DNA from: Laetmonice hystrix
Lineage: Eukaryota
Reading direction: 5' to 3'
Length of the DNA stretch: 64,000 nt
Assembly (NCBI GenBank): GCA_965235115.1
Contig: OZ249440.1
Span: 34,660,001-34,724,000, forward strand
In this document: positions 48,959-62,842 of the stretch, piece by piece
Layout: each line of letters starts with the position of its first letter
Numbering within the stretch: position 1 is the stretch's first letter
Notes under the pieces: model-generated
Told to the model about the DNA's origin: nothing
The model's input: only the letters and a program-made list of their open reading frames with translations
Databases searched by the model: none
Made by a program: the position numbers and the translations under genes

Positions 48959-50459
48959 TAGATTAAAATAGAAATACGTTAAATATCAAATGAAACTTGA
49001 GTCGGTTTTCTGGTGTTTCGAGTCTCTGCCCAGTATTAACTTGTCTTTTGTTCTTTTGCCTATTTTTTTTTTACCATAAGTTATAACCAGTACATTGTAA
49101 TCAAAATATTCTTCCCCCACCCCCGACCCATTTAGGACCCATTCTATGTATCAAGAGCTGCCACCTAGTGATTTTCTTGCATACTAAACTTTCCGGCAAC
49201 GATGTTCCTAGCGGTGGATGCTAGGCCATGTACATATATGTCACTACTGCATTAAAGCCAAAGTATTTTCTTATTTTAAACTGACGGTCTGAGAGTTCTT
49301 GATTTCCCAGAATAATATTAACGCCATCCAGTGATCCGTTCCTACCCGTTGTCCTCCCCACGCATAATGAAGTACTAATTTGAACACAACGAGAAGTACG
49401 CCCAAAAAGCTCCTGTAAAACAGGAACTCTGTTTAAGAGTTAAACGACACGCCTATTATTTATTCCCTCTCCCCTGGTAAAGTCGGTGCCTATCATAAGA
49501 GTAACCCGAATACTTCTATTATGGCCCACTCGCCCCTAAAGTCCGTTACAGCTAGTCGGTGCTCCATGATCCGAATTTAATGTTTTAGGTCAGAGAAATC
49601 CCGCTACAATAAAAAAAGAATTCACAAAAAATACACACTTGAGTTCATTGTGTTTTATTTGAGGGATGGGCTACTTAGTTTATCCCTTGTGAATAAAATG
49701 CTATTGATTGCAGTGGGGGATCCAGGATTTTGATAAGGGGCCCATCTAATATACATGTATAAGGGGAGGGCACACCTAAAAAATGTTTAGCCACTCTACG
49801 CTTGGCATGATTTGTTTATCCCCTTCTATATTTTATTCCTGGTTTCAGGGGAATAATGCATCTTCATTCAAAGATAAGGTTAATCTAAGCCCCCCCCCCC
49901 CCGGATCCCCCAGTGGTATGCTAACTGGCCCACCAACCTCAGCCCTTGGGGTAGTGTTTTGAGAGTGGGGTAGTGCTTTCAGCTTGACCGTAGTGTATTC
50001 CGTGTGGAGAGGGTGGTGATCTCAGCGTGGGTTGTGATACGCTGAAACCACTCTAGAGTGGTTTCAGCAGACGCTCAGCCTGTAGAGTGGTTTGGGCGTA
50101 CGCCCAGACGACTACCGTGGTGCTTTGAGCGGGTAGTGGTTTGAGCGTATTACACCTTAACCTCTCACCTCTGGCGGCGGGGCATGACCCTGTCCATCCT
50201 GTCCATACCTGGGCGCCGCCCGTCAGGCGTCACCAAAGCAAAACCATTATATCGACGTGCTCACCAAAGCGAAACCATTAGGCCCTATATGGTAACAAGT
50301 CTATACTATTTTGAGACCACCACCCCGCTCTCAGCGATCAGTGAGGGAGTGTTTGTAAGAATTTATTTCAGGACTAAAGAAATCACGGAAGGCAGGTTTA
50401 CAAAATTCTGAGCAGTCCGGTGACAAATATAGACGGCAATTTAACAAACGTGCTTCACC

Positions 50460-50980
50460 ACCCAACTTCAAAGTAGGGGATATTTATACCCTATATCTAC
50501 ATACCAAGAACCGAAAGGGTTTCCCTCAAGCACTTGGCCACAATTGGCACGGTCCATAATATCATTGTCGAGGAAGAGGGACGCTTGCATTTTAAATTGC
50601 CAGACTATCATAAAAACACGGTAGTTATAGTACATGTATACCGGTTCACGCCCAACGAGAAGATACTGAGGAGGAATCGCCGACCAACCGTTCTTGGTTG
50701 TCAGGAGTATCCCATTAAAGAACTAAAAGAAACGGATTCGCCGCTGGACTCCTTTGTGCAGGAGCCATTGCAAACCATCGGACAAGCAATTATTGTCGCC
50801 CTGCCAGACGCAGCCCTCGAGGGTATTGGGATATTGTGGTAAGACCTGCTTGTTTACTAGGTAGAGAAAATTATCAAAGGGTCAGCAAATGGCAAGGAAG
50901 AATACCCAATAAAATGGAAAGGTTATTCTCCTATCCTCAATTCATATGCCGAAAAAACGGACCTAAATAAACCTTGGTAA
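50460..50980 (+). pseudogene. Degenerate Gypsy-type integrase C-terminus + chromodomain
   Basis: FKVGD, HNWHGP, VHVYRF.P and VEKIIKG..EY.IKWKGYSP..NS remnants across frameshifts. Confidence 0.5.
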
Positions 50981-51982
50981 ACCATAATTGAAATAATAAA
51001 AGTGGGGTCTATATCTATAGCGGGTGATTGCCTTAATTAGCCGTCTGTACCAGGGACGTGTTAGCGGTGTATATATAGCGCGTTGCCCTGACCTGTTCAC
51101 GAACTTGTTTCTCACTTCCATCTACTGTGGTTAAGTCAATGTGCTGTAGTACACCTGTGTTTTATGGTCATGTATTGGGCCACTCTATTCACCTTTGAGG
51201 TATACACAATGTAGTGCACCTGTGCTTTATGAACATGTGTCCAATTTATTTATAATTCACCTTTGGAGTGTATGTATCAGAAAGACTGAGACCTTTCACG
51301 TGAGTTCACCATCATTTGCAATCTTCACTTTATTGGCTTTGTAGCCGGAAATATTTTATTTGCCCACGATTGCACCCTTGCCGATTTTAAGGAATGCTGG
51401 ACCCTTTGTCCGTATATACCTGCCTGAGTGAGGTGGTTTCATGAAACAAGATCCGTTGAAACTATTTATCGGAACCAGGGCCCGGTTTCAGAAAGGTTAG
51501 CATGATCTTAACTTAAAGCAACGAAAAATATTTATATCACATAGGGCTGCACTGGTAGACCAATCCTATACCTTGCACCTTGGACCTCTAAAAAAATCAG
51601 AAAAAAATGATCAAAAAAGTAATCGTTAAAAATCCACCGCTATTCCTCACCGGCCGTTCTCTGCCATCTTGTGCCAAGAACATGGGGTTCCCCACTTGGC
51701 AAATGACGTCACTTGTGCGTACTAGTCCGGCAGCAGAACCCCGATTTTTGGCCTAACCCCGACTTCTCTGATATAGTTTTTTTCTCTGCAGATTATTCTT
51801 CACTAGGATGGGTATAATGATTTCCAGGTGGGTGTGGAGCTCTCACCCTTGGGCAATTTCAATAATCCAAGATGGCCGCCAAGATGGCGGATAATTTTGA
51901 AAAAGTCCTATAACTTCTCAACCAATTCACCTAGGAAGATGATTTTGGTGTCTAGATGTAGGTTTTTGGGTATGTGAAATCT

Positions 51983-54900
51983 AACTAGAAATTGTTCAGT
52001 CCGAACAGGACGTCTCCCCTTTTTTAAAGTAATTGCATCATATAATTTTTGAGAGAGGACTAATTAGTATGAAAGTAGTGTGTTGCAAAAGCAATGATAT
52101 AGCTATGGCAGATTTTCTATGCGAAAGAAAAGATTAACTAGTTGCGAGGTGCCCAGGGCACAGGTATCCCATTCACCAGTCAATGGTGTTAAAATCGGAA
52201 ATTAGGTCAACTTGGCCGCCATCTTGGATTTTTCAAATTCTGTTCAAATGGGTCAAGTTTTCCATCCTAACCCCAATGGTGAAAACCAGACGTTGATATC
52301 TTTAACCGTTTTAGAGATATCACTGATTTTGGGTTGAAAATGACCTAAAAGGGCCAACTTTGAAGAGCCATAATTTGGAAACTATTGATTTTAGGGGAGC
52401 CATCTCGGTGTCAGAGACAGCTGACCCCTTACCCAATCCAATGGTTTTAAAATCGGAAATTAGGTCAACTTGGCCGCCATCTTGGATTTTTCAAATTCAG
52501 TTTAAATGGGTCAAGTTTTCCATCCTAACCCCAATGGTGAAAACCAGACGTTGATATCTTTAACCGTTTTAGAGATATCACTGATTTTTGGTTGAAAATG
52601 ACCTAAAAGGGCCAACTTTGAAGAGCCATAACTTGGAAACTATTGATTTTAGGGGAGCCATCTCGGTGTCAGAGACAGCTGACCTATTACCCAATCCAAT
52701 GGTGTTAAAATCGGAAATTAGGTCAACTTGGCCGCCATCTTGGATTTTTCAAATTCAGGGAAAATGGCTCAAGGTTTTCATCCCAAACCCAATGGTCAAA
52801 ACCAGACATTGATATCTTTAACCGTTTTCGAGGTATCACTGATGTTTGGTTGAAAATAACCTAAAAGGGCCAACTTTGAGGGGCCATAAGATGGAAACTA
52901 TCGAATTTAGGGGAGCCATCTCGGTGTCAGAGATAGTGGACCTATTACCCAATCCAATGGTGCTGAAATTGGAAATTAGGTCAACTTGGCCGCCATCTTG
53001 GATTTTTCAAATTCGCTGAGGATGGGTCAAGTTTTTTATGCTAAACCCAAAGGTGAAACCCAGACATTGATATCTTTAACCGTTTTCGAGATATCACTGA
53101 TCTTTGGTTGAAAATTACCTAAAAAGGGACATTAAGCCAGATGGGGTCACGTGACAGCATTTAAATTGACGTAAATTGAAAACTCATATATGATTTTCCA
53201 TATGAGTTTAATAGGAACCATGGACCCATCTGGCTCTGTTTCTAAGTTACAGCCATCTTAAAATACCAATGACGTCATAGGGCAACGTAGGGTCACGTGA
53301 CCTAACTAAAAATGGTGTCATTTGAAAGGCCATATATGACTTCCTATGGGTCTTCACTAGTACGTATGGGCCTATCTGGCTCTTTTTCCAAGTTACTGCC
53401 AGCTGAAAACACTTATGACGTCATACAGCCATATATGGTCACGTGACCTAATTAAAAATGGTGTCATTTGAAAGGCCATATATGACTTCCTATCTGTCTA
53501 CAATAGTAACTATGGGCCTATCTGGCTCTGTTTCCAAGTTATTGCTAATTGAAAATACCGATGATGTCATAGAGTCACGTAGGGTCACGTGACCTAATTA
53601 AAAATTGTGTCATTTTAAAGGCCATAATGACTTCCTATCTGTCTTCAATAGTAACTATGGGCCTATCTGGCTCTATTTCCAAGTTACTGCTAATTGAAAA
53701 TACTGATGACGTCATAGAGTCACGTAGGGTCACGTGATCTAATTAAAAATGGTGTCATTTTAAAGGCCATATATGACTCCTATCTGTCTTCAATAGTAAC
53801 TATGGGCCTATCTGGCTCTATTGACAAGTTACTGCTAGCTGAAAATACCGATGACGATAAGGTATGTATGTATGTGGGTAGTGGTGTGGGTGTGTGTGTG
53901 TGCGATGTGCTGGCTGTGGTAAAGGAGTTGGTGGTTGTTGGTGGAGCGTGGAAGTGTTATGTAACTCAGTTGTGGGATCTGCGGTGGTGGGGTATGGAAA
54001 TACCGGCGACGACATGCGAGATGCGAGAAGCGACATGGAACCGAACAGTGTCAATTTAGCACATAGAATGTTTCTTATTGACACCGACATCACGATCCAC
54101 TGCTCAATTAGTGCCTATTTAACAATAATTTTGGGGCTAAAGTGAAAACTAACACTAACCGTAGGCCTAACCTTTACCCTAACCCAAACACACTGTCTCG
54201 CATCTCGCATGTCGTCGCCGGTATTTCATAGGTGGGGGACGGGCGGCCGGCCCGTGTAGGGGTTTGGGGGGGGAGTTACCACGGCTGAGAAGGACGCCTG
54301 ACTGAACAGGCGCACAGGCCAGTGACTGGGAGTGGGCCCGCTGGTGAATTTTTTTTCCCACGCTAGTTCTGGATACTCATTAGCATACAGCCAATCAGAA
54401 ACAAGTTGTTTACGCGCTGTGTAAGCCGCATAAGTCGGAAACTATTAACTGTAGAGAAAAACACTTAATGTAGCGGTTGTAGGAAAAGACCTGGAGATTC
54501 TTCTCCACCAAGTTTCATAAAGATACGGTCAGGGGTTTGGGATATATAAAAGGTTTCTCTAAGGTTGGCACGGTACTGAGGTCAAAGGTCATGAAGTGCT
54601 AAAAATAGCAAAATCCCGAGAAAATATCCACAGTTGTCTTTTCCCCAAATTAGGACTTTCTAGCCCCGGTAGTTTTTGAACTGACGTCAAGTAAGCGCCC
54701 AACCACTTCGAAAATGTTGAAGGTCACACAGAGGTCATCTGGGGTCACAGGAACGTGTCCTCCGGGAAATCTAAATTTGGCACATAGATGACCCTGCTGA
54801 CCAAATTTGATGTTATTCCAGCCAGTATTTTTCGAGTTATGGCTTTGGCAAAAAAATGGCACGTGCCATTTTTTTTAGATCAGCCGCCATCTTGAAAGTT

Positions 54901-55165
54901 CTGGGTCAACCAAACTGGTTTTCGAACTTGTCCAAGCCCCGGATGAAAGAAGGCCGACATACCAATTTTGGATCGATTCAGGCTATTTTTCTCGCGTTAT
55001 CGTGATCACAGCACAAGTTGGCACATTCGTGCCACAGAAGAGGTCAAAGGTCAAATGGCACTATAAGTAGAAACAAAGATTTTTCAGAAGGTTCTGTCGG
55101 GCCATTTCAAATTTGATAACTCCCTCTCTAACAGTGGCCGAGTTATTCCAAAAAGAAGAAAATAA

Positions 55166-55220
<55 letters not shown>

Positions 55221-55278
55221 CGGTCAGAAACAGCGTGCAAAACAAAACGTCTCCCCCAGCTGGGGGGAGACGTAAAAA
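51983..55278. mobile_element. Helentron-associated non-autonomous element (HINE-like) carrying satellite arrays
   Basis: Sub-terminal ACGTCTCCCC (52010-52019); terminal hairpin ACGTCTCCCCC..GGGGGAGACGT (55247-55273); 258-bp array (~52170-53125), ~146-bp array (~53140-53860), (AAAG)n 55164-55212; inserted at an AA site without TSD. Confidence 0.7.
53993..54230. mobile_element. ~238-bp MITE with 7-bp TSD (copy 1)
   Basis: ~30-bp TIR (TATG.AATACCGGCGACGACATGCGAGATGCGAGA); TSD GGTGGGG. Confidence 0.88.
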
Positions 55279-56019
55279 GGAAGAAAAATTAAAGTTGGAG
55301 CACTCCTTTCCCACCTAAATCCAAGATGGCCGCCAAGATGGCCGCGATCAGGGGCAATTTTGAAAAAGTCCCATAACTTCTCAACCAATTCACTTAGGAA
55401 GATGATTCTGGTGTCTAGATATAGGTTTTTGGGTACGTAGAATCTAATGGAGCAAGAGAATTTGAAGTTGGACCACTCCTTTCCCACCTAAATCCAAGAT
55501 GGCCGCTAAAATGGCCGCAATCGGGGATAATTTTGAAAAAAAAGTCCTATAACTTCTCAACCAATTCACTTAGGAAGATGATTCTGGTGTCTAGATATGG
55601 TTTTTGGATATGTAGAATCTAATTGAGAAAGAAAAATTGGAGTTGGGCCACTCCTTTCCTACCTAAATCCAAGATGGCCGCCATCTTGGATAATTTTGAA
55701 AAAGTTCTCTCTTCTCAACAAATTCACTTAGGAAGATGATATTGGTGCTAGATATAGGTTTTTGGGCATGTGGAATCTAATGGAGAAAGAAAAATTGAAG
55801 TTGGACCACTCCTTTCCCACCTAAATCCAAGATGGCCGCCAAGATTTAGTCATCTCTACATGTCAAGTACTGTGTCTTGAGCTAAACCAGCCACTGTATA
55901 CGTGGCATATACCTCATCAAGGCCCTTCATCTGGTAAGCTGGGATGGGCTGTTTAAAATTCTACCCCCCCCCCCCCCCCCCCCTCCCAACTGGGCAAAGT
56001 CGAACTGGGCAAAAGAAAA

Positions 56020-56540
56020 GGCACAGCAACAGATACCTTCACCAAAACTGAAAGAACGGGTCTGGAACTACTGGAAACTGTCAATGACAACAAGAATGAA
56101 GGTCTGTCAAGTCTGCGTACGAAGCACCCACCTCTATGGGAGTGAAAACTGGACACTTTATCAACACATCATGAACAATCATTCACTTATGTCTATCCTA
56201 TGCCTGAAGACCATACTCCATATCATGGAAGGAAAACTAAAACCGATGTTCTCAACATGCCAAAATGCCATCAATACTCACTATACGTTAAAACAATGAA
56301 GACTTCGTTGAACTGGTCATGGGTGTCTGCAGAATGACAGATGGGAGGATCCAGAAAAAAAACATTATGTACGGGGAACTAGCGGAAGGCAAATGGCAAA
56401 TTGGGAGACCCCATCAAAGCTACAAGGATCTGGTCAAGAGAGATCTCAGCTGTTTAACATCAACTGCAAAACATGGGAGACAACAGCAGAATCTAACTCA
56501 ATGGCGACATGCACCCTTCACCGGCAGCAAACAGTGCGAA
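56020..56540 (+). pseudogene. RTE-clade LINE reverse-transcriptase 3' fragment
   Basis: KVCQVCVRSTHLYGSENWT, RMTDGRI..IMYGEL.EG..GRP..YKD..KRDL. Confidence 0.75.
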
Positions 56541-56803
56541 GAAAGCCTCCAGGTGGCTTCATATACGACTTCAGTCAACATCATCATCATCATCCTCAGC
56601 CTCTCCTTCATGCACCTGCTTTGTCCACACATTTAAACACATTAGACCTGCATGAAATGCACAGAGCACAGTGCATGGTATAGGTTAAAGCTATGGCAAC
56701 CTCATCCATGTGTTCTGCATGGTGCTTCACTCTCACAAGAAAATTTTAGTATTTTGAGCAAGTCCACAGGGGTAAGTGGCTTGTCAGGAAACAGTTGTGA
56801 AAG

Positions 56804-57040
56804 TATGGAATACCGGCGACGACATGCGAGATGCGAGAAGCGACATGGAACCGAACAGTGTCAATTTAGCACATAGAATGTTTCTTATTGACACCGACAT
56901 CACGATCCACTGCTCAATTAGTGCCTATTTAACAATAATTTTGGGGCTAAAGTGAAAACTAACACTAACCCTAGGCCTAACCTTTACCCTAACCCAAACA
57001 CACTGTCTCGCATCTCGCATGTCGTCGCCGGTATTCCATA
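56804..57040. mobile_element. ~237-bp MITE with 7-bp TSD (copy 2)
   Basis: Near-identical to 53993-54230; TSD GTGAAAG. Confidence 0.9.
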
Positions 57041-60000
57041 GTGAAAGACAGACATGTAGAGATGACTAAATTTTAGGTTGCCTTTGATTTTTGTGTTGGC
57101 TTGTGGTCCTTAAAGGGGCATATTATGAGGAAACGTGACAAATCGGTACTTTAAAGAACTTTTGCTGTTTTCATAAAGAGATCCTTCATTAAAATTGCTT
57201 GGTAAACAAAGACAGACTTATCAGTTTCATTTTGCGTGAGAAATCAAAGTTTATGAAGCTCCCTTGCCCGCTTCTCTGCCGATTTCGTAAAATATTTTTT
57301 GGGTGGCATTTTGATGCCAGTCGTTAGAGTGCAACTGCTGAATTGTTTACAACTAAGCGAAGCACGTGACTAAGCACATGCAGAGAGTGCACACACAGGA
57401 TGTGACACAGTATGCAATTACACGGGTTGATGGGGGGTTGTCCGCCAAATTATGGCGGGATATTACTATCGGGAGAAATCTATAGGTTTGGTCGCATAGA
57501 ACCTACTGGTGCTGCATACGCAGTGAAAACACGTCGGAGGACAAAATGCTGTGGTAGGATTATTTGCTTGGATCCCTAGTACACGGTCATCTTGCATAAT
57601 TGCCGGGAATCCTCCAAAACGTGTTCCATAGCATGCCCCTTTAATTAGCAAGCGAATATAATTCTGAATATAACTGTATTAACATTGTGCACATAGTACT
57701 AGAAAAAATTCCTACCGATACCATTGGCCTGATAAACCTTCTATTAGTTTGTGTGCAGCATTTGAAACCTATCTCGGTGCGCACCGAGATAGAGCCATTT
57801 CCTATGGTGGGGCGTGCCAGGGTCTCCACAGGCGTTCTGAGAGAGCCACATTTGTGCCGTTATCCATGAAAAATTTTGATTTCCTTTGTTGTGAATCTAT
57901 TTCCATGATAGGTGGGATCACATAAACGTCAACAAAATAAAAAATAAAAAAACTGAACTTTTTTTCACAAATAGCACCTGAAAACAAGATGCATTTGACT
58001 CATGTTATTCCATAGTTACCTGAACATGGCATTTCCTCCAACACTTTCGTGGGAATGTTTCTACAGCGGCCATCAATTGTAATGAGAGAGATAGAGAGCG
58101 AGGAAGAGGGGTAGAGAGCGAGAGATCTTACCAAGGAATAGTCCATTCTTAATTTTTTTTCCTCCACTGGATTCCACGTCTTCGAAAACCTATATGAATA
58201 GCGGCCATCTTGGCGGCCATCTTGGATTTAGGTGGGAAAGGAGTGGTCCTACTTTAATTTTTTCTTTCTCCATTAGATTCCACATGCCCCAAAACCTATA
58301 TCTAGACACCAATATCATCTTCCTAAGTGAATTTGTTGAGAAGATTATAAGACTTTTTCAAAATTATACCCGATGGCGGCCATCTTGGCGTCCATCTTGG
58401 ATTTAGGTAGGAAAAGAGTGGCTCAACTTTAGTTTTTCTTTCTCCATTAGATTCTACGTGCCCAAAAACCTATATTTAGACACCAAAATCATCTTCCTAA
58501 GTTAATTGGTTGCGAAGTTATGGGACTTTTTCAAAATTATCCCTGATGGTGGCCATCTTGGCGGCCATCTTGGATTTACGTAGCAAAGGAGTGGTCCAAC
58601 TTCAATTTTTCTTTCTCAATTAGATTCTACATACCCAAAAACCACATCTAGACACCAAAATCATCTTCCTAAGTGAATTGATTGAGAAGTTATAGGACTT
58701 TTTTTTCAAAATTACCCCTGATCGCGGCCATCTTGGCGGCCATCTTGGATTTAGGTGGGAAAGGAGTGGTCCAACTTCAAATTCTCTCGCTCCATTAGAT
58801 TCTACGTACCCAAAAACCTACATCTAGACACCAAAATCATCTTCCTAGGTGAATTAGTTGAGAAGTTATAGGACTTTTTCAAAATTATCCGCCATCTTGG
58901 CGGCCATCTTGGATTTTTTAAATTGCCCAAGGGTGAGAGCTCCACACCCACCTGGAAATTAATACACCCACCCCAGTGATAAATAATCAGCAGAGAAAAA
59001 AACTATATCAGAAAAGTCGGGGTATAGCCTCACAGCTGCCGGACTATACCCCATTCCATGTGGCAGGACACCATAGACTATGGTACAAGGTGTCTAAGCA
59101 GTGACGCGGTAGCAGTAGGCACCGAGAGCCGCCAACATAGCTATTTATAGCGCTAGTCTTCGGTCTTTTCGAATTGAGTGCAGCCGATCCCTATCCCGCT
59201 CTCTACCGGCTGAGGCCCTTGCTTCAACAAGCATAGGCCGAACCGACCAGCCGAGGGCGAGGCCCCCTACACGTCCGGGCCGAACGGACCGGCCCAGGTC
59301 CCCTACAAGCCCCGGCACCAAGCGGCCGGCGGGCCGGCGGCAGTTTGAGCGAGTAAGCGAACGGGCGAGTGACCGGCCACCGCTCCCTCGCTCACCCCGG
59401 GCAGGCTCAGCGACCACCCGATGGGGCTCATATGACGGGCTCATTTCGCAGTGAGCTCAAGTGACGTGATATCTCCAGGAACAAGGCCTGACTGTAGGAC
59501 TGACAGTCTCAGACTGCAGCTGAGGGTGACGGTCAGCCGCGAACAGCCCCAAAGCAATGCTGGGGACGGGGGCTGACTGCATGTCGCTCATGCTGCCTGA
59601 GCGACAGTCTATAACATTATCATGAACCTCTCCCTGTCTCGACTCCACTAGTCTCCAGTACTTTTAAAACTTGGACTAAAGTCCAAACGACTTGTAAAGT
59701 TGTATAGGAGGAGTGTAGACGCGTATGAAGGATACCAAGTTTTACCCCTGAATGAATGGCGGCAGGGCTGTGGTTCGACTTAGTGACGTCATGAGTCCTG
59801 GAATCCCGCTCTTTTTTGATTGGATAATACGATGGGCGTGGCAAAAATGGCGGTCTACTCCAATATTCGTGCCTTCTATAGAGCACACCTCTTTCTATTA
59901 TCGAATTCTCTATTCTGAACAGCCTATTGGGTTTAATTTTGGGCTGGAAAGAAGCTTTAAGGTAAGAAGCACATGTACAGACAGCTGAAAAGCTAATATT

Positions 60001-60349
60001 TTGCCTTTCTTTAAGCTCTGCTTATAGCCTTTTAGGACCCCTGATTGGCTGGTTGAAGCTGAGCAGCAGAGAACCAGCCAATCAGGGGCCCTAAAAGGCT
60101 AAGCAGAGCTTAGGTTAAGATCATGCTAACCTTTCTGAAACCGGGCCCTGATATTGGAAATAACAAAAGCTTGAAAAAATGGCTCTTCGATTTTCATCCT
60201 GGGTGAAAAATTGGGGGGAGCGGTCATGCCCCCCCCCCCCCTCCGCCGCCCGCGGTTCCGCCCTTGTTATCATGTATTTTATCAGGGAATACGTATCTGC
60301 ATGAAGTATGTTTTTCAGCACTTATAGGCCTACCTATTATATATAGTCT

Positions 60350-60745
60350 GCTTGTACATGATGACATTTCCACGGACTGCAGTAGCCTGTAGCTATCGAA
60401 TAATGCCGCTTATAAAATGTTGCAGTCATGAAATAGCCTAGTTAAATAGCCCTATTGCTATATTCCACGGACTGTATATTCCATAGCCTATAGATATGGA
60501 GTAATGCCGCCTATGTGAAATGCTGCAATATTCCATGTAATGCACTATTTCATATACTATAGGCCCCTAGCTATGGAATAATGCCGCCTATGAAATATCG
60601 CAGTCATGAAATATTGCAGCACGAAGTGCAATGCGGCAATATTTCACGATTGCAATATTTCATAGCCAATGAAAAATTGCAGTCATGAAATATTGCCGCA
60701 TTTTGACGCATTACTGCAATATTTCATGACTGCAACATTTCATGG
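60350..60745. repeat. Degenerate direct/inverted GCAGTCATGAAATATTGC repeat cluster (probable MITE)
   Basis: Motif recurs on both strands; ends not resolved. Confidence 0.5.
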
Positions 60746-62842
60746 TATATACCCCGGGGTTATCCTCCAGGGCCAGTCCATTTTATAGGCCTACCCGGGT
60801 ATACCCTACTTTGGGCCAGGGGTAGTAGGCCTATAAATCCAGCCTGTTACAGCGGTTTGCTTGCAAAGTACCTGCCTCAATAGGCCTACCCTAGGGTTTT
60901 TAAATAAAAAAATCTAGCCTTGACTAATTGAGATTTGATTAAGAAAATTTGTGTTAGCCTAGGCCCTGACGCGTCTGATTGGCTGGATAGCTGGAACAGC
61001 CAATCAAAAGCAATAAGACAAGCAGTAGGCCTAAGTTTTAGTCTTAGCAAGGATTATAGAGAGTATCTCTCATGCCTGATCCTTGGTCTTATATTTGGAT
61101 TTAAAAACCGGGCCGACAGGGACCGACCAGACGCACTTGGCGGCGCCTAGCGGGGTTTGTGTGAACTAAATCCAGTTTCAGTAGACTGGGCACTCGGAAC
61201 GACCGACGCTGCTTCTGATTGGCTGTTTCTAGGATGCTCGGTCGTTCCGATTGTAGACTGGGGTCAGTCAGCCAGGCCAAGTCAAGTGTGCGAGTGCTGC
61301 CGCCTTTCGTTACAATAAAACTTCACTGCCGTGATAACGGGTGCCTCTCACCGTAGCCGTAGGTAACTGTGAGGAAGTTGTACCTCTCGCATAAAAAGTA
61401 AGATTATAACGGGCGCCAAGCCTGCGTTCACTACTCGCTTCCACCGTGCCGTGTTCGAGGCGTGGCGTTCGAGGATAGGAACGGCTCACTAGGAGAACCC
61501 ACCCCGGAGCGGCGAGTCAAGTCAAGACGCCAGCCGAGCCAAGGCAAAGGTAGGTGATCTCTGTAATGGTTGTAGTGACCGTAAGCCATTTTTTTAAAAT
61601 TCGGCTGATATCTACAAGTGATACATCATATGAAAGGTCTAGTTTTGCCTTGTTCAAAACTGTTCGAATTCTGAAGATCGGACACAGGGAAGTGGAGATA
61701 TGCTTCATTGAACGTCGGAAGGTTGAGCTTTTCTGAGACAAGAAAATCGTGAAAACTGGAAAAAACATGGTACACCAAGATATCTTTTAATAAAAAGCCC
61801 ATATACCCACTTTTCATGTTTCTGCCTTTAATATAAGTCATATTTAGTATTTGTGCAAAGTTTCAAACCTCTTGATTTATTTGTGGCCAAACAATAGCTT
61901 CTCAAAGTCATGAATGTCAGTGGTTTTTGGCCGTCAACTATGAAATCAGGCCGGTTGCTGCCTAGTTTGCTGCCTCATTAGTCGGTCTTCCAAGCCAATA
62001 TTAACTATGCAGAGTCTTTATAAGTTTGTTTTCATGTACTCTATGCATACAAGTTATACATTTTGCCACTAACTCACAGAATGGACAGATGCAGTGCATC
62101 CACTCAGAGCTGAAGGCCAAATTGGCGCATGTCGAAATGTCCGAAGCGTACGGCTCTCTATTATCGCTCACCTTCAATGGCCGCTCATCATTAACGGCTA
62201 TACTATACTGCGGTTATACTAAAAAGACACCAAGGAATTTAAATATCAAGGTTTAAATGGCGTATATATGCACGTTTTTTCATTTTATTTCTCAAACGAA
62301 ATCTTCAAACATTGATTAAACACCTTTTCCCCGGGCACTCGAGCGAAAAACAATCAAATACGCTCACTTCAGATGTTTCCCTGTCGATTCTGTGTAATAT
62401 TTAGCCAAAACATCTTAGTTCAAGCTCCCTAGGTGGGGTACAACGAAGTGCTGTTTTTTTTTACCAAGAATTTTGGCAGAATCCATTTCTAGCTACCCCA
62501 GCGCCTCTAGCGAGCGTTACGGTCGCTAATGGTTGTCAACTCTTATGTCGCCATGTCCATGTCCCAGACACCCAGGCCAGAGTCAGGTGGTCAAGTCAAT
62601 GGGCGGCGGCCACCCTTTTTTTACAGGTACCCTGCAAAGTTACCCAAAGTAGTCGGAGGGCGAAATAAAAAATAAACTTCCTCCCGCTTTACTCCCCCCC
62701 CCCCAACTTTTATGGTCACTGGTGAACTCGCCCAGGCGCCGAGCTCGCCCGCGATATTCTGACCACCTTGCCCAGGCCCACCAAGACAGCCAAGGGCCAT
62801 GCCATGGCAACAGAGCGAGAGGTGGCGGAGTAGTTAGGTAGC

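Larger units (their letters stand above)
55844..57071. mobile_element. TIR-bounded segment carrying a LINE fragment and a MITE
   Basis: 21-bp inverted repeat ATTTAGTCATCTCTACATGTC; no TSD found. Confidence 0.55.
51723..59046. mobile_element. Academ-like foldback element with nested insertions
   Basis: TAGTCCGGCAGC...GCTGCCGGACTA termini, 3-bp TSD TAC, long imperfect TIRs with tandem AATCCAAGATGGCCGCC units (55280-55843; inverted 58200-58920). Confidence 0.88.
51517..60010. mobile_element. Kolobok-like non-autonomous element
   Basis: TTAA at 51513-51516 and 60011-60014; AG...CT termini with 13/16 matching TIR. Confidence 0.7.
51476..60150. mobile_element. Harbinger-like MITE split by ~8.5 kb of nested insertions (51476-51516 and 60011-60150)
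   Basis: 37-bp TIR CAGGGCCCGGTTTCAGAAAGGTTAGCATGATCTTAAC at both ends; remainder nearly palindromic. Confidence 0.85.

Noticed and set aside
57110..58130. Possible Kolobok-like left end (TTAAAGGGGCATATT)
   Set aside because: No matching right end or coding remnant identified.
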